64,000 nt of DNA from Cyanophyceae cyanobacterium (GTDB lineage: Bacteria > Cyanobacteriota > Cyanobacteriia > Cyanobacteriales > Laspinemataceae): assembly GCA_038321985.1 (NCBI GenBank), contig JBBQFN010000002.1:96001-160000 (forward strand), read 5' to 3'. Position numbers and translations under genes: made by a program. This document shows, piece by piece, positions 32,299 through 43,675 of this stretch. Numbering within the stretch: the stretch's first letter is position 1; the number at the start of each line of letters is the position of its first letter. A model generated the notes under the pieces. That model saw nothing but the letters and a program-made list of their open reading frames with translations, had not been told where the DNA came from and searched no databases.

Positions 32299-33136
32299 AA
32301 AGAACGCCATAAAGTTCGGGTCTGCGATCGCGGAAAAAGCCAAAAGAAGCCCGAGTCCGGGCGATTGCCTCTAAATCAAAAGTCGCACAAATTACCCCCG
32401 GGCGATCGCGGTCTAATTCCGCCACCTTATCCCCGCGTTGATTGGCAATAAACGAATGACCATAAAAAGTTTGTTCTTCTTCTGTCCCGACGCGATTTGC
32501 CGCTACAACCGGGACAATATTCGCCACCGCATGACCAATCATTACCCGTTGCCAAGGGTCTTTAGTATCTAAATCCGGGTCGTTAGGTTCACTCCCGATC
32601 GCCGTGGGATAAAACAATAAATCCGCCCCCATTAATACCATGGAACGGGCGCATTCTGGAAACCATTGATCCCAACAAATTCCCACCCCAATCGTTCCAT
32701 AGCGGGTTTTCCAAACTTTAAACCCGGTATTTCCGGGTCTAAAATAGAATTTTTCTTCATAACCTGGTCCATCGGGAATATGACTTTTGCGATAAATGCC
32801 TAAGACTGTACCCTCTGCATCGACAATTGCCACACTATTATAATAAGCAGGTCCAGCCTTTTCAAAAAAGGACACGGGAATCACAACGTTTAATTCTGCT
32901 GCTATCTTTTGGAAGTGGGCAATTGTTGGATGTCCTTCTACAGGATGCGCCCAAGCAAAAAATTTATCCCGTTCTTCGCGACAAAAATAATACCCTTCAA
33001 ATAATTCTGAAGGTAAAATAATTTGAGCGCCTTTTGAGGCGGCTTCTCGGACTAATTCAGTAACCCGAGAAACGTTAATCTCTTTGTCTTCACCGAAGGC
33101 GGTTTGTAGCGCTGCAACCGTAACCATTTGACTCAT
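32276..33136 (-). CDS. aguB: N-carbamoylputrescine amidase
   Basis: Nitrilase triad E/K/C: ELFEG, YRKSHIPDGPGYEEK, ICWDQWFPE. Confidence 0.95.
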   Translation of the reverse strand: MSQMVTVAALQTAFGEDKEINVSRVTELVREAASKGAQIILPSELFEGYYFCREERDKFFAWAHPVEGHPTIAHFQKIAAELNVVIPVSFFEKAGPAYYNSVAIVDAEGTVLGIYRKSHIPDGPGYEEKFYFRPGNTGFKVWKTRYGTIGVGICWDQWFPECARSMVLMGADLLFYPTAIGSEPNDPDLDTKDPWQRVMIGHAVANIVPVVAANRVGTEEEQTFYGHSFIANQRGDKVAELDRDRPGVICATFDLEAIARTRASFGFFRDRRPELYGVLSTADGTL

Positions 33137-33266
33137 TGTGATTAAGTGGTGGGTAAGGGTTTAAGTAGGGCAAATTTGAGTTTTCTAGAGTGCCTCAGAC
33201 CCAACCATTGGGTTGGGTAGCCCAGATTAACAGCAGTCTACTGCTGTCCTTTACTTGAGGGGAAAT

Positions 33267-34373
33267 TTATGATGAAATGCCTTCTTTTGGAGTGCCAGCA
33301 TCTTGCTTGCTATCTCTGGGAGTCGGTTGTTGCTGAGTGATACAATGGAAGGCCCCGCCACCTAATAAAATTGCCTTTGCCGATCGCCCAATAGTGCGCC
33401 GAGTTGGAAATAGTTTAGCGATCGCCTCAACGGCTTCGTGATCATACTTCGAGTCATAAGTCGGAACGATAACGGTGCTATTTCCGATATAAAAATTGGC
33501 ATAACTAGCCGGGACAATTTCGCCCGTTTCATCGACAATTTTACCCGGAGAAGGAATGCGAACGACTTCTAAGGGCCGACCCTTGGTATCAGTCATTTTA
33601 GACAAATCCTGCGCAATTTCGGTAAGTACGGCAGCATTAGGATCATCCGCCTCTCGAGATTCCATGCACAAAACAACACCGGGGGAAACAAACCGGGCGA
33701 TTGTGTCAATATGTCCATCGGTATGATCGTTAAGTAAGCCTTGATTTAACCACAGCACTTTAGAAACCCCAAAAGCCGATCGCAGAATTTCTTCTAATTC
33801 TGATTGGGTGAGTTGAGGATTGCGGTTAGGATTTAACAAACATTGACGAGTGGTTAGGCAAGTGCCTTCCCCATCCACTTCGATCGCCCCCCCTTCTAGG
33901 GTAACTGGAAAGTGGTATCCCGGTAAATTGAGGCGATCGGTAATTGCTGCGGCGACTTGATCATCATCGGGTAGAATATATTTTTCACCCCACCCATTAA
34001 AATTAAACCGGACTGTAGCCAGAGTCCCATCAGGTTCTACTCGAAAAATTGGGCCAATATCCCTAAGCCAAATATCACCAAAGGGGATAATATGAAATTG
34101 CGCCGGAATATCTTTTAAGGCAGCTTCCGCCGTAGTTTTTCCAGCTTCATTCAGGACGAGAATTTCTAACCGTTCGCCCCGGCTTTCACCTGAAACTGGA
34201 TCCGGGTCAGCGATCGCCCGACACAGTTCCACAAATTCCGCACGCGCCGCATCTAAACTCTCCATCCAGAGGTCTTCATGACTCGGAAAAGCCAACCAAC
34301 ACGCCTGATGGGGTTCCCACTCAGCAGGCATTTGATACGTCACAACAGGGGGAGTTAGGGTATTCAAGCGCAT
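33267..34373 (-). CDS. aguA: Agmatine deiminase
   Basis: MPAEWEPH, DIWLRD, LEGGAIE, DHTDGHID, GGGAFHCITQQQP. Confidence 0.95.
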   Translation of the reverse strand: MRLNTLTPPVVTYQMPAEWEPHQACWLAFPSHEDLWMESLDAARAEFVELCRAIADPDPVSGESRGERLEILVLNEAGKTTAEAALKDIPAQFHIIPFGDIWLRDIGPIFRVEPDGTLATVRFNFNGWGEKYILPDDDQVAAAITDRLNLPGYHFPVTLEGGAIEVDGEGTCLTTRQCLLNPNRNPQLTQSELEEILRSAFGVSKVLWLNQGLLNDHTDGHIDTIARFVSPGVVLCMESREADDPNAAVLTEIAQDLSKMTDTKGRPLEVVRIPSPGKIVDETGEIVPASYANFYIGNSTVIVPTYDSKYDHEAVEAIAKLFPTRRTIGRSAKAILLGGGAFHCITQQQPTPRDSKQDAGTPKEGISS

Positions 34374-34562
34374 TCCTCCAAAGTTTTTCTCCTCTATTTA
34401 ATAGTTTAGAGGGTTTGTTGGGGAAGCGCGATCGAGAGATAGAACCGATGAACAGGACGGGGAAACACCCCTAACCAAAAAAGCAGGTTACAAACCGCTG
34501 TGCCGACTCATCACCCACCATTGAATCCGTTAAAATTGATCGCAGATACCTAGGCATCGGGT

Positions 34563-34769
34563 TTATCGTCGTTCTAGTAGGGGCATTGCCAACTTGCAAC
34601 CGGCTTCTCGGCGAATGCATCCCGTGTTGACGGCCTCCCACAGTTTTTCTAGGGCATCTAGATCCACCGACTTGCATCCCTTTGTAGCGAGGACTTGGCG
34701 AATTAAGGCTTCTGACTCAACGCTGAGGCATCCGGTTTTAAATGCAGATTTAACCAAAAATTCAATCAT
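34563..34769 (-). CDS. Small cyanobacterial hypothetical protein
   Basis: AFKTGCLSVESEALIRQVL...G.IRRE pattern; AAGGA RBS upstream. Confidence 0.7.
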   Translation of the reverse strand: MIEFLVKSAFKTGCLSVESEALIRQVLATKGCKSVDLDALEKLWEAVNTGCIRREAGCKLAMPLLERR

Positions 34770-34926
34770 AATAGCTACTGCATCCTTTTAAAGTGTAGAT
34801 TCCCTCGTATTACTTTCCTCTATTTTTCCGGAAAACAGGCCGATCTTGATCGGGAGAATCTGTGATAATAAACACTCACGAACTGTGACAAAAATCACTG
34901 AAAACATCAACAAACCGAAATTGAAC

Positions 34927-36219
34927 ATGATTGAAGCAGCAGAATATCAGCAACGGCGGCAGGCAGTGATGGAAAAAATCGGGACCGGGACAGGGATTTT
35001 CCGCAGTGCACCCCTGGCCGTTATGCACAATGATGTGGAATATACTTTCCGCCAGGATAGCGATTTTTACTATTTAACCGGGTTCAATGAACCTAATGCG
35101 GTGGCCGTGTTTGCACCTCATCACGAAGAACATAAATTTGTGCTGTTCGTACAAGCTAAGGACCCCGAGAAAGAAGTCTGGACCGGATACCGGGTGGGGG
35201 TTGAAGGTGCAAAAGAACGGTATGGTGCAGATGAAGCCTACCCGATTAGTGAACTTGAAGAAAAGTTGCCGCAATATTTGATAAAAGCCGATCGCCTGTA
35301 CTATCATTTTGGACGCGATCGCCCGTTTGATGAGACGGTACTCACCCATTGGCAACGCTTGATGAGAACCTACCCCAAACGGGGGACGGGCCCCATCGCT
35401 ATTCAAGATTCCGGAACGATTTTACATCCTTTGCGGTTAGTGAAAAGTCCGGCAGAATTGCAACTGATGCGAAAAGCTGCGGAAATTTCAGTCAAGGCGC
35501 ACATTCATGCTCAAGAATTCGCACAACCGGGGCGATATGAGTATGAAATTCAAGCGGAAATGGAGCATTTATTTCGGTTGCAAGGGGGGAATGGGTTTGC
35601 CTATCCGTCCATTATTGCCTCCGGTAGCAATAGCTGCATTTTGCACTATATCGAAAACGATCGCCAACTCCAAGAAAACGATCTGTTGCTGATTGATGCC
35701 GGTTGTGCCTATGGCTATTACAATGCAGATATCACCCGCACTTTTCCGGTCAGTGGCACTTTTACAGCGGAACAACAGACGATTTACGATATCGTTTTAG
35801 AAGCACAAAAACAGGCAACTGACCAAGTTCAACCCGGGAATCCCTACAGTAAAATTCATGAAACTGCGGTGCGGGTTATTGTGCAAGGATTGCTTGATAT
35901 TGGACTCCTGAATGGAGACATTGAAGAAATCATTAAAGAAGAAAAATATAAACCCTTTTATATGCACCGAACAGGACATTGGTTAGGGTTAGATGTTCAT
36001 GATGTAGGGGTTTATCAAAATGGAGAAAACCCGCAAAATTTGGAAGCCGGAAATGTGCTAACCGTAGAACCGGGAATTTATATCGGGTTAGAAACTAAAC
36101 CTGTTGAAGGACAACCGGAAATCCCCGACTGCTGGCGGGGGATTGGGGTAAGAATTGAGGACGATGTATTGGTAACTCGGGAGGGCCATGAAGTTTTAAC
36201 AGCAGCAGTGCCTAAATAA
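34927..36219 (+). CDS. pepP: Xaa-Pro aminopeptidase
   Basis: FRQDSDFYYLTG, LLIDAG, DITRT, HRTGHWLGLDVHD, TVEPG, RIEDD. Confidence 0.96.
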   Translation: MIEAAEYQQRRQAVMEKIGTGTGIFRSAPLAVMHNDVEYTFRQDSDFYYLTGFNEPNAVAVFAPHHEEHKFVLFVQAKDPEKEVWTGYRVGVEGAKERYGADEAYPISELEEKLPQYLIKADRLYYHFGRDRPFDETVLTHWQRLMRTYPKRGTGPIAIQDSGTILHPLRLVKSPAELQLMRKAAEISVKAHIHAQEFAQPGRYEYEIQAEMEHLFRLQGGNGFAYPSIIASGSNSCILHYIENDRQLQENDLLLIDAGCAYGYYNADITRTFPVSGTFTAEQQTIYDIVLEAQKQATDQVQPGNPYSKIHETAVRVIVQGLLDIGLLNGDIEEIIKEEKYKPFYMHRTGHWLGLDVHDVGVYQNGENPQNLEAGNVLTVEPGIYIGLETKPVEGQPEIPDCWRGIGVRIEDDVLVTREGHEVLTAAVPK

Positions 36220-36223
36220 GTCT

Positions 36224-36271
36224 CAGGATACCTACCCTCGAAGGGTTGGGAGTTCGAGGGTAGGCATCCTG
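36224..36271 (+). terminator. Long hairpin after pepP
   Basis: CAGGATACCTACCCTCGAA / TTCGAGGGTAGGCATCCTG inverted repeat. Confidence 0.65.
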
Positions 36272-36919
36272 TTATTCTCTGAAAGAGGGGGTTTGACCCC
36301 TAGGACCCATTCACACCTGCTCCCTGTTAGCGGCCCTTAAATCCCTGGGTAAAGTTATCAATTTAGGCAGTCACACCCCCCAAATATTGGTTCCTACCAA
36401 ATCCGGTTATCAAAAGTCTTTTTAATTTCATCTGATGTTTCCCGGACCAAAGCATCGGTCCGGTTTAGGGTGGGGTCCACTAAGTTGCGCTTATTTTAAC
36501 AGACCTATAACTACCGTATGGAGTATCAGTCATCCCTGAAACCGGATTCCTGTACAAAAAGGATTGAGGGTAGGCCAAAATTTGGCGTCAGAAACCCGAG
36601 TTGTGATTCCTACCCCTTCTACTGTACTGATGCTCTAAGGATATATACCTAAATATCTGGATTTGGATAAACTTAGAAGTTTTTTTGTTAGAATTATGCA
36701 TAACTCAACCGCAAAATTTGGTCTCTAAGGGGGCATTTGTAAACTGTTGAGTTTATTTTTATATTGATAGCAGTCTAAATCGGTCAAACTATTTTTGTAG
36801 AGGCTTTTCCCCCGGTGGTTCTCCCTCTAGTGGATTTAGAAATGATGGCGACGAGCTATGTTTTTTCAATCCCAAAATTTATAAACATCAAGGAGTCGGA
36901 TAGATTTTACTTAAGATAC

Positions 36920-36948
36920 TTGACAAAAATTTCTAAATCCTGTAAATT
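36920..36948 (+). promoter_or_regulatory. Putative sigma70 promoter
   Basis: TTGACA-N17-TAAATT. Confidence 0.5.
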
Positions 36949-37439
36949 TCATCTGTTTTAAATAAATCCCCGGTTGACGACCTTCCTGTTTCTAGTCTCC
37001 TGGGATCGAGCTGAGGTAATGTCCAATAGAGCGCGTCTAAATCATTCTGCCATCGGGTCGAGGATGGCTTTGACAGCAGTGCTGCCCTAGGTTTAGCCTC
37101 TTGTTCTCTTCTAACCCTCAACCGATGCAGATGCTGTCATCCCTGTGCAAGAATTGTCCCTTTTATGTAGACTCCCCTCAATTCTGCTGCTCATCTTAAG
37201 CAGCCTGGATTGGCAAAGGATTTAACTCAAAGGGTCGCACAGTTATATGGCTCAGACGAAGTAGGCATTTGGGGGACAGGGCTCAAAATCCGGGAGTGAT
37301 GGCCAACGAGCTATTGATCTGTAGCATAAACTACTTTTTAATTCCCCCGGTTCATAGCCAAGAAGTGGTTAAAAGTAGGAATCTGTTACGCATCTTTGGA
37401 TGCAAAGGAGTTGTACCAAGGATTGCGGTTTTAACCGCT

Positions 37440-37744
37440 CAACAGCGCAGGGAAAAACAAAAGAGTGAGTGGGAGTCGAAGTTACAGGTTAAACTGGATC
37501 AGTTAATCGAGACAGCACCTGAAGGTGTAAGGTTGATTAATCGAAGGTCCGGGACCGACTGATGTTAACAAGGCACTAGCACAACTGTCGGGTTATTCGG
37601 TAGAGGAGATACGCGATCGCAGCCTGTCTCTGTTTATCCAGCCGGCAGGTTGAGCGAGCCCATCCGGGAATTCGCGAACAATTTAAATTTTGCTGTCGTC
37701 GAGAAAATGGGACCCAGAGGTGGGGATTAATCTCTACCAATCCA
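37440..37744 (+). pseudogene. Frameshifted N-terminal PAS/PAC domain of the downstream kinase
   Basis: LDQLIETAPEGV / DVNKALAQLSGYSVEEI / REQFKFCCRRENGTQRWGLISTNP, read in three different frames. Confidence 0.7.
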
Positions 37745-40700
37745 ATGGTAAACGATCGCACAGATTGGGCAAGAAAGCGAGCGCAACTAACCGATATAAC
37801 CGAACGGGAAGCACCAGAGGAAATGGCTCAAAAATGGATCGAACTGTTTAAACCTTCCGGGTGGGGAAGCGCTCGGGTCAATGCTGAACTTAACATCTTT
37901 GACCGGATCGATGCAGTCTTTGCCCAGATGCATGGCTATACTGTCGAAGAACTAACCGGCAAACCCCTTGTCGAGGTATTCCCCTTAGAAAATAGGTCCG
38001 ACTTAGCCGCAAGAATTGCCTGGAGTAGCGATCTCGGGCCGCACATTTTTGAGTCTAGGCATATTCGCAAAGATGGGACAACTTTTCCTGTTTTGATTAA
38101 TGCCAGCGCCATCCCCGATTCAGCGGGTAAAATCCTCTATCGAGCTATCAGCGTTCAAGACATCAGCGATCGCAAAACTATGGAAGAAGAACTCCACCGT
38201 CAAGAGCAGCAGTTTAAAGCCCTCGCGGACAATGCCCCCGATGGAATCGCTCGTTTTGATCGGCAATTTCGCCACGTTGAGATTAACTATGCCGTAGAAA
38301 AAGTCCTGGGGATACCCGCAGCCGCTATCCTCGGTAAAACTCCTCAAGAGTTAGCGATTCCAGAACCGATTGCCTGCCTTTATCAAGAACAGTTGCACCA
38401 AACCTTTACCACGGGAAATGAATCCTTATTTGGATACAGCCTTCCCTCACCCACAGGGATTCGTTACTTTCAAACCAAGGTCGTTCCAGAATTCGGGGGG
38501 GATGGTTCGGTAGAGTTTGCCCTAACCATTTCTCGGGACATAACTGAGTATAAACAGGTCGAGCAAGCCTTCCGAAAAACCGAAGGTCGGTTTCGTCGGG
38601 TGTTTGAGTCCAACATGATGGGGATGGGTTTCTGGGATGCTACGGGCAACATCACCGCAGCCAATGATGCGATGCTATCCATGTTAGGCTATACCCGAGA
38701 GGAATTTAGCACCCAAGGGCTCTCCTGGGAGAGCATCACCCCACCGGAGTATCGGGTGCTGGACATGGAGGCTAACCAAGAAGCCTTAAATCAAGGATAT
38801 TGCACCCCCTACGAAAAAGAATTCATCCGCAAAGATGGCAGTCGTCTGGCGTCCCTGAGCGGGGGAGCCCTGTTTGACGATACAGCCGAAGAAGGGGTCT
38901 TCTTTGTCATTGACCAGAGCGATCGCAAGCGCACGGAGAACAGTCAACAGTATCTCTCCGAGGCGAGTACCATTCTCTCCAGTTCCCTAGATTATCAAAT
39001 CACTTTAGCCACGGTTGCCCAACTGACAGTACCCCACCTGGCTGATTGGTGTACCGTCTCTGTGATAGAAGAAAGCGGCAGACTGCAACCCCCGATCACG
39101 GCCCATGTCGATCCCGAAAAAATTGCGTGGGCTCAAGAAATCAACCAAAAATATCCCGTAGACCCTGATGCCCCGACGGGTGCACCCAAAGTCATGCGCA
39201 GCGGCGTGTCTGAGCTATATACCTACATTCCTGACGAGTTGATCGTACAAGCCGCTAGGGATGAAGAACACTTGGATATGTTGCGAAAAGTTGGATTTAG
39301 TTCCGTGATGATCGTCCCGATGGTGGCCCGGGGCAGGTCTTTGGGAACCATTTCGTTTGTAGCAGCCGAATCGGGTCGCCGTTACGATCACTCGGATTTG
39401 AACATGGCCGAAGAACTGGCCCGCCGCGCTGCGATCGCTGTGGATAATGCGCGACTCTACGAACAAGCGCAACAAGCAAGGCAGATGGCAGAGCAGGCAG
39501 CCTCGCGGATTTCTCGCTTACAAAGCGTCACTGCGGCACTCTCGGAGGCACTCACCCCCGCCCAAGTGGCTGAGGTGGTGGTTAATCAAGGGATTGGAGC
39601 TCTGGATGCTAGAGCCGGTTCACTCCTGATTCTGACCGATAACAACACGATGTTAAAGATGGTGGGCCAGATTGGTTATTCCCCGGAGGTGATAGACCAG
39701 TGGCAGCAACTCGCGATTACTGCACCTGTCCCTTTAGCCGAATGTGTGCGGACTGGGGAACCAATTTTTCTAGAACATTTAAACGATTTAACTATTCGCT
39801 ATCCCGTCCTATCCAAACTCGCGAGTCAGACCCAGAACCGAGCCGTGGCGGCCCTGCCCTTAACTCTACAAGGACAAGCGCTCGGGGCGATCGGGTTAAG
39901 TTTTGCCGAAGAACGAGAGTTTTCCCCAGAAGACCGAGCTTTTATGGTGGCTTTAAGTCAGCAGTGCGCCCAGGCGATCGCCCGCGCTCAATTATACGAA
40001 GCCGAACAAAGTGCCAGAACACAAGCTGAAACAGCAAATCGGGTCCGGGATGAGTTTATCGCCGTATTGTCCCACGAGTTGCGATCGCCCCTCAATCCGA
40101 TTTTGGGTTGGACCAAACTGCTGCAAATGCGAAAATTCAGTGAATTGAAAACCGTACAGGCTTTAGAAATTATCGAACGCAATGCCAAGCTGCAATCCCG
40201 ACTGATCGACGATTTGCTGGATATTTCCCGGATTCTGCGTGGAAAACTGAGTTTGGAAATGTCTCGGGTGCATTTGGGTAAAATCATTGATGCTGCGATG
40301 GAAACGGTCCGCTTAGCAGCGGAGGCTAAGGGAATTCACATCGAACAATCCCTTCCCAGGGAGGAGATTGAGGTGTTAGGCGATCCTAATCGCTTACAGC
40401 AAGTGGTGTGGAATTTGCTCACTAACGCCGTTAAGTTTACCCCGGAAAGAGGACAGGTCAAGATTCGAGTCACCTCTAGTGGTAACCTCGCCCAGATTGA
40501 AGTGCGCGATACAGGTCGAGGAATTGCTCAGGAGTTTCTACCCTACGTTTTCGACTATTTCCGACAGGCAGATAGCAAAACAACCCGGTCCTTTGGGGGG
40601 TTGGGTTTGGGTTTGGCGATCGTCCATAACCTAGTGGAACTGCACGGGGGTTCGGTTCAGGCAGATAGTGCCGGAGAGGATCAAGGAGCAGTATTTACCG

Positions 40701-41161
40701 TTACCCTCCCTCTGATCGCCCTGAGTTCTGAACCTTCGGATGAGTTCGTTTTCCCCGAAAGTGAGCCAAGTTTAGAGGGGATTGTCTTAGTGGTGGATGA
40801 TGACCGCGATACCTTAGAGTTCCTGGAATTCGTATTGCAGGAGTATGGTGCCCAAGTCCGGGCGGTGAATTCTGCCCAGCAAGCGATCGCTGCGATCCAA
40901 AGCTGCATTCCCGATTTATTGTTAAGCGATATCGGAATGCCAGAAATGGATGGGTATATGCTGATTCAAGAAATCCGACGATGGGAAGTGCCAAACGGGG
41001 GCTCGATCCCGGCGATCGCCTTAACTGCCTACGCGGGAGAGACTAACCGTCAACAAATCCTCAAGGCGGGGTTCCAGCAACATCTGTCTAAACCGATTCA
41101 ACCGGCAGAGTTAGTCCAGGCGATCGCTGCCTTAGTGGTGAAAAATCAACAACCCCAGTAA
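37745..41161 (+). CDS. Hybrid sensor histidine kinase (PAS x3, GAF x2, HisKA, HATPase, REC)
   Basis: PAS/PAC motifs, LADWC GAF, SHELRSPL, NLLTNAVKF, GLGLGL, DIGMPEMDG. Confidence 0.95.
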   Translation: MVNDRTDWARKRAQLTDITEREAPEEMAQKWIELFKPSGWGSARVNAELNIFDRIDAVFAQMHGYTVEELTGKPLVEVFPLENRSDLAARIAWSSDLGPHIFESRHIRKDGTTFPVLINASAIPDSAGKILYRAISVQDISDRKTMEEELHRQEQQFKALADNAPDGIARFDRQFRHVEINYAVEKVLGIPAAAILGKTPQELAIPEPIACLYQEQLHQTFTTGNESLFGYSLPSPTGIRYFQTKVVPEFGGDGSVEFALTISRDITEYKQVEQAFRKTEGRFRRVFESNMMGMGFWDATGNITAANDAMLSMLGYTREEFSTQGLSWESITPPEYRVLDMEANQEALNQGYCTPYEKEFIRKDGSRLASLSGGALFDDTAEEGVFFVIDQSDRKRTENSQQYLSEASTILSSSLDYQITLATVAQLTVPHLADWCTVSVIEESGRLQPPITAHVDPEKIAWAQEINQKYPVDPDAPTGAPKVMRSGVSELYTYIPDELIVQAARDEEHLDMLRKVGFSSVMIVPMVARGRSLGTISFVAAESGRRYDHSDLNMAEELARRAAIAVDNARLYEQAQQARQMAEQAASRISRLQSVTAALSEALTPAQVAEVVVNQGIGALDARAGSLLILTDNNTMLKMVGQIGYSPEVIDQWQQLAITAPVPLAECVRTGEPIFLEHLNDLTIRYPVLSKLASQTQNRAVAALPLTLQGQALGAIGLSFAEEREFSPEDRAFMVALSQQCAQAIARAQLYEAEQSARTQAETANRVRDEFIAVLSHELRSPLNPILGWTKLLQMRKFSELKTVQALEIIERNAKLQSRLIDDLLDISRILRGKLSLEMSRVHLGKIIDAAMETVRLAAEAKGIHIEQSLPREEIEVLGDPNRLQQVVWNLLTNAVKFTPERGQVKIRVTSSGNLAQIEVRDTGRGIAQEFLPYVFDYFRQADSKTTRSFGGLGLGLAIVHNLVELHGGSVQADSAGEDQGAVFTVTLPLIALSSEPSDEFVFPESEPSLEGIVLVVDDDRDTLEFLEFVLQEYGAQVRAVNSAQQAIAAIQSCIPDLLLSDIGMPEMDGYMLIQEIRRWEVPNGGSIPAIALTAYAGETNRQQILKAGFQQHLSKPIQPAELVQAIAALVVKNQQPQ

Positions 41162-41283
41162 ACGGGCTTATCCTTCAGGTTACCAAAAATTGAAGAGTAA
41201 GCATCATGGCCGGGGAAAACGAACCGCTTCCTGGGTGAGGAAATTTCGGGGAAACTCACGGTTTAGGTTGTATTCGACCAGCC

Positions 41284-41907
41284 CTAAATATTACCTAGGG
41301 GGGAAATGCTTTGAGAAATCGCCCCATCTCTGGACTGTCCATTTTCTTCTCCCTTGCTGCGATCGCTCATAAAAGATAATTCCATATTCAGGCGCATCTC
41401 TGCGTGTCGCCATTCCTGACCCGGTTCTAGAAATTCAATCGGGGGAAACCCTAGGCGAGTTGGTTTTATAAAATCCGTGGTTTCCACACAGGCAATTTGC
41501 ACTTCTTCTTTGAGTTCCTTGATAATCTCGCTAACTTGACGCGGTTCTCGACAAATCAGATTCGTATCGGCTTGAATCACGGCAGTATCCGGCAAAATTA
41601 ACCTCGGAGTTTGTCGCGTCAGACAATCGATGTGATGCAGGGTTTCCTCGCCACGCATCTTGAATCCGGCGATCGTCAACAACCGAATCGTCCCGCGATC
41701 CCATCCTCCACTGGGTTGAATCGCCGTTCCTTGTGATCCATCAATTAAACATTTGACGTCGTAAGAAACACGGGTAACGGCCCACAGGAGGATAGACAGC
41801 AGTTCATTAAACAGGAATGTCTGCCGATAAAACTTGTGGGTGGGAAGTTTGATTAAGGTGTCGTTGGAAAAAATGGCCGTTTGGATCGGGGTTTGAGAAT
41901 GGATCAT
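41284..41907 (-). CDS. KGK-like domain protein
   Basis: C-terminal IEFLEPGQEWRHAEMRLNMELSFMSD resembles a KGK domain; downstream of a KGK gene. Confidence 0.6.
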   Translation of the reverse strand: MIHSQTPIQTAIFSNDTLIKLPTHKFYRQTFLFNELLSILLWAVTRVSYDVKCLIDGSQGTAIQPSGGWDRGTIRLLTIAGFKMRGEETLHHIDCLTRQTPRLILPDTAVIQADTNLICREPRQVSEIIKELKEEVQIACVETTDFIKPTRLGFPPIEFLEPGQEWRHAEMRLNMELSFMSDRSKGEENGQSRDGAISQSISPLGNI

Positions 41908-41964
41908 AGCACCAAGGGATAGGCGTTGGGCAAAAGAACGCGATGCTATTGTAACGGTTTTTGG

Positions 41965-42438
41965 TTAGCCGGGGTAGCGGTGTCGTTGCCCGTTTTTGTC
42001 CAACTGTGGCATTCCTCTACTCCAGTCTGCCTCCGGTAAGGGGCGATCGCCTCCATTCTGTATCTGCTGATTTTCCGGTGACGATAACTGCGCCTCCCCC
42101 GGAACATCGGGAATAAACTCTAGACTAATTTTCATTTTAATTTTGCCTTTCTCCCAACCCTTCCCCGTAATTTTCAAGAGTTCCCCCCTCACCCCTTGAT
42201 TCAAAAACTCTTTAGTATCCGTTAGCGCTAACTCTAATCCTTTCTGCCGTAAAGCATTAGAAAGGGTATAATTCAGTTGGTTTTGCTCTGTCATGGCATG
42301 GCCCATCATTTTCCGCAATTCACTGACTTTAAACAGCTTGCCGCGAAATGACACCACATCATCATCGCAGCATTCGGGTAAAATGTTATTTTCTTCCATA
42401 GCCATAAAATATCCCAACGACATCTTTGTAAACATCAT
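41965..42438 (-). CDS. KGK domain protein
   Basis: DDDVVSF, GKGWEKGKIKMKISLEFIPD. Confidence 0.88.
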   Translation of the reverse strand: MMFTKMSLGYFMAMEENNILPECCDDDVVSFRGKLFKVSELRKMMGHAMTEQNQLNYTLSNALRQKGLELALTDTKEFLNQGVRGELLKITGKGWEKGKIKMKISLEFIPDVPGEAQLSSPENQQIQNGGDRPLPEADWSRGMPQLDKNGQRHRYPG

Positions 42439-43675
42439 ACAAGCAACCCACTACCTCGCCCGTATTGTTCCCTTTGAACCTGCGGTTTTCAAAGCTGTTT
42501 TTGTGGTAACATTTGTATCAAGATTAGGGGCGGCTAGAGGTGGAGATAGCCCTAGCCCTAAAGTAAAAGAAGAGTAGAAATTTCAACCTATGATGCGATC
42601 GCCCTCCTCCAAAACCCCCTCAATTCTCACTCGGATCACTCACTCTCAATCAGAGTTGTATATTTCTAAAAAAATCCCTCCCAACTAAGGCAGGACGGAG
42701 TACGCAGGGCATTACCAGAATTGCCCCGAACTCTGCTGGGGTTGGTTATATCCCCCAAAATCTAGCGTAAGTCCTGGGAGGAATTCATGGGATGGATCAT
42801 CGGAGTGTTTCCTTGTGGTTTTTTGCTTCATCAATGCACCAAAGGTCCCGCCCTCAAATCCAGCGATCGGGCGTTATTCCCTACGACAGGGGGATCTGAC
42901 TTTGGGGACCCCAGAATTAACCCATCAACTCTCGTATCATTTGACACGGAAATAGGTTTTGCCCCATGCTTAATGTGAAGACAACGTTTAAAAAAATCTG
43001 AATTAACACCGTCCCATGCTCGATCGCCTGTGGAAAACATTAGAAAGACCATTTCACCTGCCTTTGGGTGTAGCCCTTCCAGTGCGTCTAGAAACCTTAA
43101 AAAATCGAACCTATGGCTATTCCCCTCCCTTACCCCTACCATTCCCCTATCAGTCCTACTTCCGGATTGCCCGACTTTTAACGAAAGTTATCTATTTTTT
43201 TCAAAGAACCGTTTAGCTAAATAGCAACTGAATTCACTCATTCCCCCAGCTATTCTTCAAGTGCGGGGGTAATATTTCATCAATCAAACTGCCCGGTTTC
43301 ACTTCAGAAAAATTAAATTTACCCCTTTTTCTAACTGGAAATACCCCTTGAGTTCAGAGTCAAAATTTAACCCTTTACCTATAAAGTAAAGGAAAAACTT
43401 TTCTAACTCAAACTAACAGACCCGAACTCAAAAAGTGAGGTTTTAACTCTTATTAATAGGCAGACAGCAGAGGAAAATCATCTAAATCAACCGGATTGGA
43501 GGAGAACCCAGGGGGGTCTAGAAAAGAAAGGGGTGAGGGGTAAGAGTCCTTTCACCAGCCCTCTGTGATAACGATCGCATCAACCCTTGAGACCGATCGT
43601 GGAACCCGATTGAAAACTGCTCTAGGATAAGTAATAAAGGTTAATGTTTTGGTTGCACTAGGCCAGGATAAAACG

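Noticed and set aside
42787..43224. Several overlapping 63-103 aa ORFs
   Set aside because: No recognisable motifs, mutually overlapping, AT-rich intergenic character
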